A DNA stretch of 63,268 nucleotides, the filler included, from Octopus bimaculoides (lineage: Eukaryota), in assembly GCF_001194135.2 (NCBI RefSeq). It is 5 parts of 4 records of this genome, joined end to end, with 100 filler letters (N's around TTAATTAATTAA, not from the genome) between each part and the next. Parts side by side here need not be neighbours in the genome. Positions count along the whole stretch, not along the records: positions 32,085 to 43,117 come from NC_068987.1; positions 43,218 to 52,963 come from NC_068994.1; 3 more parts are not named here. One strand, 5' to 3'. Position numbers and translations under genes: made by a program. Positions 37,491 through 49,875 of the stretch are shown here, one piece after another. Each line of letters begins with the position of its first letter. Positions within the stretch are counted from its first letter, which is position 1. Below the pieces are notes generated by a model, which made no database searches, had not been told where the DNA came from, and was given only the letters and a program-made list of their open reading frames with translations.

Positions 37491-37560
37491 AATGAAATCG
37501 CCGTGAACACCCAGTTTCAAGCTGATGAAGGGAATAACACGCAATGTGGACACATTGCAC

Positions 37561-37591
<31 letters not shown>

Positions 37592-38029
37592 GAGGAAAAG
37601 AACTTGTACAATCTATCAGGCAATTGGAGGTGAATTTGCAGTTATTTCTTGCACGTTAAAGAAGTATGAATACTCTTATTACGTACACAGAAAGTAGACA
37701 ATGATGTACAACTTGTAGAAGATGGGGGGGGGGGGGTGTTATGAACGTTGAAAGGTGTCTATAAGTGTAAATGTGTGTGTGTGTGTTACTGTGTATATGT
37801 GTGCGTGAGTGTGTGCGTATATGTTCACGCGCACGCGTGCGTGTGTTTATGGTTGTGTATTTCTTAATGTCGTCAAAATCTTCAGCTGTTGTTTCCGTTT
37901 CATGTTTCTCCTTTCAACCCACTTAGGACTTCAATCGTTCGTAGCACGCAATCGTTTGATAAGGATTCGATGTCGACACACGTCCTTTAGCAACTTGCAA
38001 CCTTCGGTAAAAGTATGTCTTTTACAATC

Positions 38030-38730
38030 GTCTGGATAATCATCATCATCTTCGTCGTCATCATCATTGTCATTCACGTCCTTGTTGACATCATCGTCGT
38101 TGTCATCGTCGTCATCTTCATTATCGCAACTCCGTCATCATCACCATGCCTGTCGATGTTCATGTTATCACCGTCGTCATCGTCGTTATCATCATCATCA
38201 TCATCGTCGTCATTGTCGTCGTTAACGGTGTCATCGCCGCCATTGTAGTTGTCCTAGCTGCTGTGGACGTCGTCGTCATCGTCGTCGTCGTCATCGTCGT
38301 CGTCGTCATCGTCGTCGTCTNNNNNNNNNNNNNNNNNNNNNNNNNNNNNNNNNNNNNNNNNNNNNNNNNNNNNNNNNNNNNNNNNNNNNNNNNNNNNNNN
38401 NNNNNNNNNNNNNNNNNNNNNNNNNNNNNNNNNNNNNNNNNNNNNNNNNNNNNCGTCATCGTCGTCGTCGTCCTCGTCGTCGCCGTCATCATCGTCGTCG
38501 TCGTCATCGTCGTCGTCGTCATCGTCGTCGTCGTCATCGTCGTCGTCTTCATCATCATGATGAACATCGTCTTTGTAGTTATCGTAGGTGTTGTCATCGT
38601 CGTCGTTAACATCATCGTCTTCATCGTCATCATCCATCTACATTCGCATCATCATCGTCACCGTCATCAACATCATCACCATCATCATCATCGTCGTCGT
38701 CGTCGTCATCATCATCAATATCATTATCGC
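38030..38730. repeat. Cryptic (CAT/CGT)n trinucleotide tract
   Basis: Direct reading. Similar tracts are at 43218-43730 and 46790-47000. Confidence 0.9.
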
Positions 38731-39207
38731 GATCGAATTTAAAATTTTTTCCCTAGCGTATTTATATTGCAGTAAAACATCAGCAAGAAATCTCTCTTCT
38801 GTTTAAAGGAGCTGACAGGTGACCATCAGGTACAGTTATATCGATCGTTCGTTACCTGTTAAGAAAGAACGACAGCCTGGTGTAATTTCTAAGGCGAAGA
38901 AGTTAGAACAAAAGCTTTTTCTCATCTGACTGAAGATTTACATTTATTGAAGGATTTTGTTTTAGGCTTTTAGGTATTCAGTCGAAGGTAACGTTCAGCT
39001 AAGCCCTAAGTGATGAATGAACATATTTTTAGCATCCAAAGTCCATCTAATTCGGTGCTAATGCTATAAATTTGCATAAACGCACACTCGCACGAGCCCA
39101 CACAAACATACACACACGCGCAAACATATAATCGTAATATATTGAAGAAAAATTTGTTTACATTACCCACGGTTTAATATATGCAATGAAAATATGAATT
39201 ATTACTA

Positions 39208-39250
<43 letters not shown>

Positions 39251-39358
39251 CATACATACATATATACATACATACATACATACATAGGTACATAGATGCA
39301 CATATATATGTATAGATATGTCTATGTATCACCATCATCATCATCATCTTCATCATCG

Positions 39359-39398
<40 letters not shown>

Positions 39399-39443
39399 CA
39401 ATTGTAGCATAATTTGGGTATGTTTACGTATGTATATATATGA

Positions 39444-39490
<47 letters not shown>

Positions 39491-39792
39491 NNNNNNNNNN
39501 NNNNNNNNNNNNNNNNNNNNNNNNNNNNNNNNNNNNNNNNNNNNNNNNNNNNNNNNNNNNNNNNNNNNNNNNNNNNNNNNNNNNNNNNNNNNNNNNNNNN
39601 NNNNNNNNNNNNNNNNNNNNNNNNNNNNNNNNNNNNNNNNNNNNNNNNNNNNNNNNNNNNNNNNNNNNNNNNNNNNNNNNNNNNNNNNNNNNNNNNNNNN
39701 NNNNNNNNNNNNNNNNNNNNNNNNNNNNNNNNNNNNNNNNNNNNNNNNNNNNNNNNNNNNNNNNNNNNNNNNNNNNNNNNNNNNNNNNNNNN

Positions 39793-39853
39793 GTGTGCAG
39801 TACCCAGTAGTGCAATTTTCTGTATGTTATATATATTTGTAAGTCCTGGTGTT

Positions 39854-39858
<5 letters not shown>
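39793..39858 (-). mobile_element. R4/Dong-like C-terminal fragment starting in (TAA)n
   Basis: rc translates 'KTPGLTNIYNIQKIALLGTAH', comparable with 'LQKTVLLGTAR' at 27620-27670. Confidence 0.7.
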
Positions 39859-39939
<81 letters not shown>

Positions 39940-39971
39940 TATTATTATTATTATTATTATTATTTTTATTA

Positions 39972-40064
39972 TTCAGATCACTGCCTGGAATTGAAATGGT
40001 AATCTTGGGGTTAGGAGCCCGCGCTCTTAACCACTACGCCATATGCTCGTGGGCATATGGCGTA
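39972..40064 (-). mobile_element. Family D tRNA-like head with 5' palindrome
   Basis: rc 'gcatatggcgtagtggttaagagcgcgggctcctaaccccaagattaccatttcaattccaggcagtgatctg(aat)n'. It is homologous to 45347-45420. Confidence 0.8.
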
Positions 40065-40454
40065 CTATGAGGGCAAGTATCTGTCGAATGTATACAGCGC
40101 ACAAATATTGTCATGGTGCATGGTGTCTAATTTTGAAACTCTGATTATTGTTATTATTATAATTATTATTAATTTTATCATCATCATCATTATCGCTGTT
40201 GGTGTTATTGCTATCGCTGTTATTTTGTTGTTGTTGTTGTTGTTGCGGAGCTTGTATTTGTTGTAATGCTTTTCCCTGTTCCCATTCTTCAGGAATCATA
40301 TTTTTGCTGCCATCAATGTGTATGTCATCCTGTTTTCTCTAATGGTTCAGTTATGTCCTCTTTCCAATATAAACTTATGCGATTTCCTTCTTGTAACTCT
40401 TTAATTTTACAAACAATATGTGTAATGTTTATATATATATATATATTCTCTTTT

Positions 40455-40860
40455 ACTCTTTTACTTGTTTCAGTCATTTGAATGTGGCCATGCTGGAGCA
40501 CCATATATATATATTTTAAACGTAACTCTTTGGTAAGACGTTTTCTACACACCTATATGTTTCAGGGTTCAGTCTCACTATGGGGGACCTTGGGCACATG
40601 ACTTTTGGTAAAGCCTAGACGTGATCAAAGTCTTGTGAGGGCACTTGCTAATCACAAACTGAAAACATTCCATCGTATACATGCATACTTATCTATTTAC
40701 AAGTATATATATATATACACACACACGTGTGTGTGTTTGTTCTCCACCAGCAACTAAAAACTGTTATTGGTTTGTTTCTTTCCTCGTCACATAGTGGTAC
40801 AGCGGAAGAAGCCCGATAAAATATGTATCTCGTTTTTAAAAAAAAGGCACTCGCATCGAT
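40455..40860. mobile_element. SINE A fragments (tail on minus strand 40455-40505; degenerate plus-strand copy 40540-40860)
   Basis: 'ttttacttgtttcagtcatttgaatgtggccatgctggagcacc' and 'gggttcagtctcacta...accttgggca...aactgaaa'. Confidence 0.65.
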
Positions 40861-40942
40861 TTACTCGCCCAAGTCATTCTTATATGCCAGACTGTGTGTA
40901 TCGACAGATATGTATAGATGATTTATGTATGCATTTATACAC

Positions 40943-40985
<43 letters not shown>

Positions 40986-41423
40986 ATACATCTATATATA
41001 TACACACATATATATATATATATATGTATATATATTCATACACGTATATATATACATATATAACAAGACACACACATACACATATATATATATATATATA
41101 CAGAGAATCAGTGAGATAGGGATAGAGAGAAAGAGTGGGTGCATACATGAATCTCGGACTTGTCTGCACATGTATGATTAATATTATCTAGTAATATTAC
41201 CAAATAATCAACAAATACAATTATATAGACTATCCATGTGTGCATGTAAGTGTCTGTATACACATGTGTTTACGCGTGCGCGTATGTAGACACACATTAA
41301 ATCTAAACGTAGCACCTGGTGATGACATTCATATATTTCCAAGTCCATGGGTGATAATCTATAGGCTGTACCTCTTCACGAAAGTATTCAATGCCATCTT
41401 GAAGTCTCTAAATATACATACAT

Positions 41424-41479
<56 letters not shown>

Positions 41480-42027
41480 CTTCTTCTGTGTCTTTTTGAC
41501 ACTGTCTCCTAATATAAACATACTCACTGGCACAGGCAAACACACAGGCTCACACTCACACACAGAGGCTATCGACGAAAAAGCCAGCCATTGGAAGCGT
41601 TTCCACGGTGAGTTCAACAAACAACGTTCTGCAAAAGTGAAAGATGAAAGAATATCAAAATCAACGTATCTGTCCATATATCTTTATATACATATACCCT
41701 AGAATCTATCTATCTATCTATCGATCGATCGATCTCTTTGTCTCCGCTTCGTATAAACACACGCGCACACCCACAAAAACACGCACGCTCACAAAATCTC
41801 AAACAAATACACACATATGTATATATATATATATACATATATACATACATANNNNNNNNNNNNNNNNNNNNNNNNNNNNNNNNNNNNNNNNNNNNNNNNN
41901 NNNNNNNNNNNNNNNNNNNNNNNNNNNNNNNNNNNNNNNNNNNNNNNNNNNNNNNNNNNNNNNNNNNNNNNNNNNNNNNNNNNNNNNNNNNNNNNNNNNN
42001 NNNNNNNNNNNNNNNNNNNNNNNNNNN

Positions 42028-42061
<34 letters not shown>

Positions 42062-42738
42062 TACATAATAGTATGCATACAATACACATTTGCATATGTG
42101 TATAATGTAATAACATGTACATACTTGCGAAAATATTAGTATATTTAATGTATATATATATATATATGTATGTATGTATATATGTATATATGTATATATA
42201 TCTATACATATATATGTGTGTGTGTGTGTATGTATATAGAGATAGATATGTAACATACATAATTTTGAGTGTGTATGTGTTAAGTATGTGTGAGTATGTG
42301 TGTTAGTGTACGAAATAACCGCAACTACAAGATGCCTTTTGTTAAATAATGCATCAACAACCAGAGAAAGATTTATATGAAATATTCTGTGTTAACTTAT
42401 CTTAATCCAACATGGAGGCAAAATCTCAGATTATTAAACCAGATTTTTATATATAATATCATCATATTTTTATTATCTACAATAGAGATATTAGGGATGT
42501 AACTTTTAAAGTATAGACCTTAATTCAATTAACATTATGTAATTACGTAACAAATGTAATTTATGTGAGTGTATGTGTGTGTGTGTGCACAGACATATAT
42601 ACATATACACATATACATATATATATACAAACAGAATATGCGTATAATTATGCTCATATATAAATAGGTATATGGGTGCGTTTGTAAATAAGTGTGTACG
42701 TGTGTGTTTGCTTCCATATGTATAAACAGATTGCTGGC

Positions 42739-42772
<34 letters not shown>

Positions 42773-43080
42773 TTATATACAAGCACACATACATATATAA
42801 TAAGAGAAATATATATATACATACATACACACAAGCACACACACACACACACACACTCATATATATATATGTGTGTGTGTGTATAAGATACACATATATA
42901 TGTATATGTGTTGCGTCAACATGTACCTTCTTGCGACACTAGCCTTTACTCTAGTCCAGATATTCTTGGTCTGAAGAGTAGCCGGAGGCATACATTTCAC
43001 TGGGATCTTATAATTTCTGAGGTTCAACTCGCTATGAAAGATATGTAACACGGATTTCTCATACTCCATTCCGTAACACT

Positions 43081-43117
<37 letters not shown>

Positions 43118-43944
43118 NNNNNNNNNNNNNNNNNNNNNNNNNNNNNNNNNNNNNNNNNNNNTTAATTAATTAANNNNNNNNNNNNNNNNNNNNNNNNNNN
43201 NNNNNNNNNNNNNNNNNCCTCATCATCATCATTGTCCTCTAACGTATTCTCCTGCTTCACCTTTCCCTCATCTTCATTCTCATCCGCATCCTCATCATTG
43301 TCCTGTAACGGCTCCTCCTGCTCTTCCTTTTCCTCACCATGATCATCATCACCGTCAACATCATCAAAAGCATCGCCAAAAATCATCATCATCATCATCG
43401 TTAACATTAACGTCATTGTGAACATCATCATTGCTACAATGAATATCTACATCAACTTTCTCTCCATCATCATCATCATCACCATCATCACCATCATTGT
43501 CACCATCATCATCATCATCGTTATCATCATCTTCATGATATTCATCGGCTTAATCAATATCCTCATCGTCGACGTCATTGTCAATATAGTTATCTTCATC
43601 ATCTTAATTCGCATCACCTATATCGTTATCTCATCATTAATATCATCGTCATCTTCATCAGCATAATCATCGTCGTCGGTCTGGTCGCCACCATCATCAT
43701 CATCATCATAATTGTCATCGCCAACGTCAAAAGCAGTACTGAACGTAATGATATATTGTATGTCTCCGCCCACATGATGTCCTAACAATGCGAAGATATC
43801 AAACATATGCAACAACAAATTCGCAATAACATTGACCAGTAATAACGGTCATTACAATGACCAGTTATAACGCTCGAAGAAATGCTTGGCTGTCTAGTTT
43901 TTAAACACTCTGACGAGGTAATATGTATGACAGATATGAAAGTT

Positions 43945-44175
43945 TGCGGCGAGCTGGCAGAAACGTTAGCAGGCCGGTGAAATGCTTAGCGGTATTTCGT
44001 TTGCTGTTACGTTCTGAGTTGAAATTCCGCCGAGGTCGACTTTGCCTTTCATCCTTTCGGGGTCGATAAATTAAGTACCAGTTATGCACTGGGGTCGATG
44101 TAATCGACTTAATCCCTCTGTCTATCCTTATTTGTCCCTTCTATGTTTAGCCCCTTGTGGGCAATAAAGAAACAA
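43945..44175 (+). mobile_element. SINE family B with alternative 3' tail
   Basis: Canonical B body up to 'gtcgatgtaatcgactt', then 'aatccctctgtctatccttatttgtcccttctatgtttagccccttgtgggcaataaagaaac'. Confidence 0.88.
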
Positions 44176-44229
44176 GATACGAAACTTTGCCTGCCCATCA
44201 TCTTACACGTATTCTTACATCACTGCCTC

Positions 44230-44536
44230 TGTATTTTTCTTCAAGTTGAGCAGCCTGTTCCACTCTAAAGATCCCTGAATAAGGATTATTTAAGGATGTT
44301 GAGCAAAACACCCATGTTTCCAAAGGTGAATTATTCAAATCCCCCAAAATTCCTCTCAACACATGGCTATGATGCTCCCCCACTACATCTGTACGTGATC
44401 AGAGATGCACATATCGTCAGCCACCAAGGGACATGCTCAACTAGTTAAGGGCAAACAACTGACAGGCAAATCTGTGGTATTAAGCAGAATATTTGCTGTA
44501 GCCCATCTTTTATACCAAGACAAAACAATATACATG
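44230..44536 (+). mobile_element. Element E, 3' portion
   Basis: Colinear with 21140-21410 ('ttatttaaggatgttgagcaaaacacccatgtttcc...tataccaagacaaaac'). It ends in (ATC/ATT)n. Confidence 0.8.
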
Positions 44537-44546
44537 ATTATCATCA

Positions 44547-44603
<57 letters not shown>

Positions 44604-45335
44604 GCAAAAATGATTACGTGAATGTTAGCAGTAATAATAACACATCAAAAAATAATTGTGAAGTCGAGCAATTCATTACAAGTATTTAAAATGCTATGAA
44701 TTGTTTTATGTCTACAATATTAATTTCCTAGAATATAATGACAAGTTTTAAAATTGCAACCATAGCAACAACACTAAAAAAAATAGACACATCGGAGTAA
44801 ATGTTTCGAAAATGGTGGTTATTTGTTTTTGTTTGTTTCTCTGTATGTTTTTTTTTTTTTTTTTTTTTTAGAAAATATTGAAATTAATAAAACATGTTAT
44901 CATATTAAAGCATGCATTTATATGAATGTCTAATAAGTTCCATATTAAATTGACAGAAACAAATATATTAACTCACACGAGATTCAACTAAAAACGTAAC
45001 AGTGATAATTACATAGCTACTGCTCTAAACCATTCTGCCTATTGAAAATAGAAGGCAGCTTGTCTCAAATCCTCGATCATCTCCAATAGATGCCCCATGT
45101 GTGGAACCGTGTAGCCGAAACATGGAAATATCCGTCGCGTAATTTGTCCTTGTAATCCAGAGGTGCTTTAATTTCCCGAGATATACCGGCACATGAGGGC
45201 CAGTTTCGCGGTTTTATGGTATATATATATATATTCCTCACCTGGACGGGATGCTGCTACATCACAGGATTATACAGTTCTATATTTAAGAGATGAGGAA
45301 TTATGTACATTATTTACATTATTTACATTTAACGG

Positions 45336-45416
45336 ATATGCCTACGGGCATATGGCATACTGGTTAAAAGCGCGGGCTACTAACCTCAAGATTCCGAGTT
45401 CAATTCCAGGCAGTGA

Positions 45417-45464
<48 letters not shown>

Positions 45465-45578
45465 TAATAATAATAATAACGTTGAAAAATACCTTAGGAA
45501 TGAGAAGCCAGACTCGAAATTTCCCCAAGACACCTGATGAAAGGCTGGTGAGTATATCAGCTGAAACGTTATGTTAAC
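45336..45578 (+). mobile_element. Family D: hairpin, tRNA-like head, (AAT)n, then hammerhead-containing tail
   Basis: Palindrome 45336-45353, A-box 'tggcatactgg', B-box 'gagttcaattcc' (45396-45407), (AAT)n 45421-45480, HHR 45529-45575. Confidence 0.65.
45529..45575 (+). ncRNA. Minimal type I hammerhead ribozyme (probably impaired)
   Basis: GACAC-CUGAUGA-AA-GGCUGG-ugaguaua-UCAGCU-GAAAC-GU-U-AUGUU. Stem II is 6 bp with 2 GU pairs, stem III is the palindrome ACGU, and stem I has an A.C mismatch at 1.1-2.1. Confidence 0.65.
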
Positions 45579-46015
45579 TTGCTAACGTTTCTGCCAGCTC
45601 ACCGCCTTGCATGAGTGTGTATGTACACAAAGGCATATACACACACCTGCACTTCTTTAGGTAGGCATGCACGCGCTTATATGAATGCATTTTTTACGCG
45701 ATGCGACCAATAATCAAAAAAAAATTTCTGTTCTTTGTCTTACATTCAATGCATTCGATCAAATGTTGAAGTTATTCGACATTCCATAATTCCATTGTAA
45801 ATAGAAAATAAAACTTCTTTGAGAAAACAAACAAAACAATTCTTCTTATAAAAAACCATTGTTCAGAGAATTTAACTATGAACCGTATGCGTAGGACGAC
45901 AGGCAGGTGCATACCTATATACATTCCTATATACACATATCTGCATATTCATATAAACATCCATCCATCCATCCATCCATCCATCCAACCATAAATTCAT
46001 GAAATACATACATAT

Positions 46016-46060
<45 letters not shown>

Positions 46061-46125
46061 NNNNNNNNNNTATATATGTATGTATATATATGTATATATA
46101 AATATGTATGTGTATATATATATAG

Positions 46126-46156
<31 letters not shown>

Positions 46157-46578
46157 TATACATAGAAACGCACATGTGTCTATCCACACATGCATACATC
46201 GACACTCGACACATAGCTAATCATACTTATACATATAGACATACGCACTTATATGAATACATATATCTGCATGCAGGTATACATTCCTATACACACATGC
46301 ATCGATGCATAAATACAAAATATATACAACCACACACGCATGCATACATATATTAATATATGCATACACATATGCATTCCTACAGNNNNNNNNNNNNNNN
46401 NNNNNNNNNNNNNNNNNNNNNNNNNNNNNNNNNNNNNNNNNNNNNNNNNNNNNNNNNNNNNNNNNNNNNNNNNNNNNNNNNNNNNNNNNNNNNNNNNNNN
46501 NNNNNNNNNNNNNNNNNNNNNNNNNNNNNNNNNNNNNNNNNNNNNNNNNNNNNNNNNNNNNNNNNNNNNNNNNNNNNN

Positions 46579-46612
<34 letters not shown>

Positions 46613-48112
46613 GCATATGTACGCACATTTCATTCATGATTGTGAAGGAGGTTCATGGAATGACGTAGCCGATGCTACAAGCTTTGTATTGAACATTTTG
46701 TCAATAAGGAATTTAAAAGCAGCAATTCAATTGCAACATCATCAACATCATCGATATTATATCGATGTAAGCGGCGTCATAGCATAACTTAAAAATCCTC
46801 ACTCCCATCGACGCCATCATCTTCTTCTATGTTGATAACACCACCATCATCCTCACTATCACTATCATCATTGTCATCATCATTATCACCATCATCGCTA
46901 TCTCTATTGTTCTTCAACGTCGCCATTGTTATTATCATCTTCGTCTTCATCACCACCTTCATCTCGTTGTCGTTGTTAATCCCGGTCACATCCATCCTTA
47001 ACTTCGTGAACCTTCTCTCCTTCGGCTATTTCCAGTAACCATTGCTACTACTGACCAATTACCACAAAGCGACTACAGTGACAAAGGAAGTGACATACTG
47101 ACATTACCTCCCATTCTTCTCTTTTCTTCTCCAACCGCTTCTATTTGTCCTCCTCCTCTGCGTAATCCTTGCCATTACACTCGCATTCATTGCATTGTAT
47201 ATTCAGACCTTTAGCCTGTTATTTGAATGACCGTGTAAAAGTTGTCATTCTATGATTTACGTATGTAATTGTTGTCATCGCAGCGACATTTACCCCGTCA
47301 TCTGGAGGCTATAGCAGATGAAACTCGTCTAAAACACCACACAGTGGGACTGAAACTTGAAACCTTATGGAGCCTTACATAGTTCAGCTTGTTGTCAGTT
47401 ACATATGTTTCCTTTCTGATCTCAGATCAATGAACCGCTGCATTTATTTTGATATTATCACAGACTCACCGTGAAATGTAGCAGTCAAGTAATGAGGCTG
47501 CCACCAGCTACTGGAAACTTCATTCGTCTTAGGTTCACATAAGAAACTAAATGACCACAAGATATTTTTCTCCACGGACAGTATTATAAATTATCAAGTA
47601 TTATGCCAGGATAATCAACAAAATCTTACTTCAAAAACCGTTTATTTCGCAAAGAATCTTGAAGAAAATTATTATTGAAGACTTCTACTATAAATATTTA
47701 ATTATATTGTATACAAATCGTTATAATTGATGGATGGCATTATCGGAAGCATACGAGAAAAGAAAAGAAAAACAGTATTATAGACATGTCTTGTATTAGG
47801 CAGCAGAATCCGGCGTGGATATACCACTGTCTTCGAACGTTTTAGTCAAGAGATAGCCACTGGTAGCCTATTGAATATTAGTTATTTTATTATGATGTTA
47901 TATCATAAAAAACAAATAGTGTGCAGTGGAATAACGGGACTTGATTGGTATAAAGCAGTCTTGTTATCAGATCTGACGTTCATCAATACATATATTAATG
48001 AAATATTATAACCCAAGCAACGGAACATATTACCGTAAATACATTTATTTACGCACGCACACACACACACTGCGAAACTGAAAGAGAATATATATATAAT
48101 ATACATACATAT

Positions 48113-48146
<34 letters not shown>

Positions 48147-48176
48147 TCATATGCACACAGAAACACACACACACAG

Positions 48177-48256
<80 letters not shown>

Positions 48257-48320
48257 GGCAAAGATCTTCAACCCATGGCTTCGTTAGATTAGATAGACGC
48301 AAACTTATAGATGCCTGTCG

Positions 48321-48413
<93 letters not shown>

Positions 48414-49348
48414 TCACACACACACACATTTAGTATACAAACGCATACGCAAAGAATATCTGCATGTATGCTTCTGTGTGTATGTTTGCCTGTATGTGGA
48501 TGCCTGTGTGCGCGTGCCTTAATTTCTATGATATATGAACGTAAGTAGTTTGTAAAGAGCGTAGCGCTGTTGTAAACATGCAATACTCTGCCTATCCACA
48601 TAACACAAGAGTGATTTGTTCTTATGGAAAATACTTCTACATTACCAGGTAATTTAGATAATATTCAAGTACCAGACGCATGTCAAACGTCTGCGTGGAT
48701 GTTTGCGTATTTGTGCATGCGTGCACGTGTGTATACGCATGCAGCTTAGAGTACTACAACGCGCGAACACCGCAAGGTACGTACGTTTGTGCGTTCTTAT
48801 ACGCATTCGTGAATATCATTTCTGTTTTAATTCAGGTATGTGATGAATAGACGCTCGTACACATACACACAGGTAAATTCTGACATTAAAGACGAATATC
48901 GAATTAAAGGATAGTCGAGAAATTATATCTACCAGAACGTTTCTAAACTTATCTAATATTACTGTCACGTTAAGTGGGAATTACGCATGTGTATGCATTA
49001 AACTAATTTTAGTAAGGAGTGACAATAATTCGGATCCTAATTCTGAATATAAATCCATGTTGTCTATTGACGTCACATTGATGTTATAATATCCATCCCA
49101 CCTCAATAAAATTATTATATATTGGATCATAATCCTGCGCTAGATATGTACGTTCAGCAAATGTATGTATGTGTGTGTATGTGTGTGTGTGTGTGTGTGC
49201 CTCTGTGTGTGCGTACGGATATATATATATATGTATATATATGTGTGTGTGTGTGCATATATATTATGTATGTATATATTTATACATAATATATATGCAC
49301 AGACAAATATATACGTGTGTGTGTTTCTGCATATATATCATGTGTGTG

Positions 49349-49384
<36 letters not shown>

Positions 49385-49798
49385 CGTGTGTGCATATATC
49401 GGATATGTGTGTGTGTGTCTGTCTGTGTACCTCTATGTCTGTTTGTGTGTGTGTTTGTGTATACAGAATGACAGATGAATGGAAGGACACAGTCAGAAAG
49501 ATAGATAGATAGATAGATAGATAGTTAAATCTAGCAGAAAAGATGGACGAACATATAGATACAGATGTACATATTGATAGATAATGGGTGTGTTTTACTT
49601 CCATTACACCAATTATAATGATAACATAATTGAGTATGGTGAGCTGAAAGGGGAGCGTGTATGTAAGTATGTAAACACATGTGAGCTTGTGTGTGCATAT
49701 ATATAAATATATATATATATATATACACACTCACTCACAAATTCACAAATACATATATATATATGTATGTATGCATGTGTGTATGTATATATACATAC

Positions 49799-49831
<33 letters not shown>

Positions 49832-49841
49832 TGTATGTATA

Positions 49842-49875
<34 letters not shown>

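Noticed and set aside
38030-38730. Poly-Asp/Thr/Val ORFs (also the acidic ORF 43162-43431 and 46789-46995)
   Set aside because: These are degenerate (CAT/CGT)n tracts open in several frames at once, with no splice or domain evidence.
42964-42995. CTGAAGA followed by a GTA-GCC/GGC-TAC hairpin
   Set aside because: GAAA is replaced by ATTT and no stem I/III was found.
43910-43945. CTGACGA...GAAA spacing like an HHR
   Set aside because: Stem II does not pair, and such boxes occur by chance in AT-rich DNA.
45347-45420. Functional tRNA gene (also 2011-2075, 39972-40050)
   Set aside because: A/B boxes are present, but the acceptor stem does not close and the heads continue into repeat bodies, so they are SINE heads.
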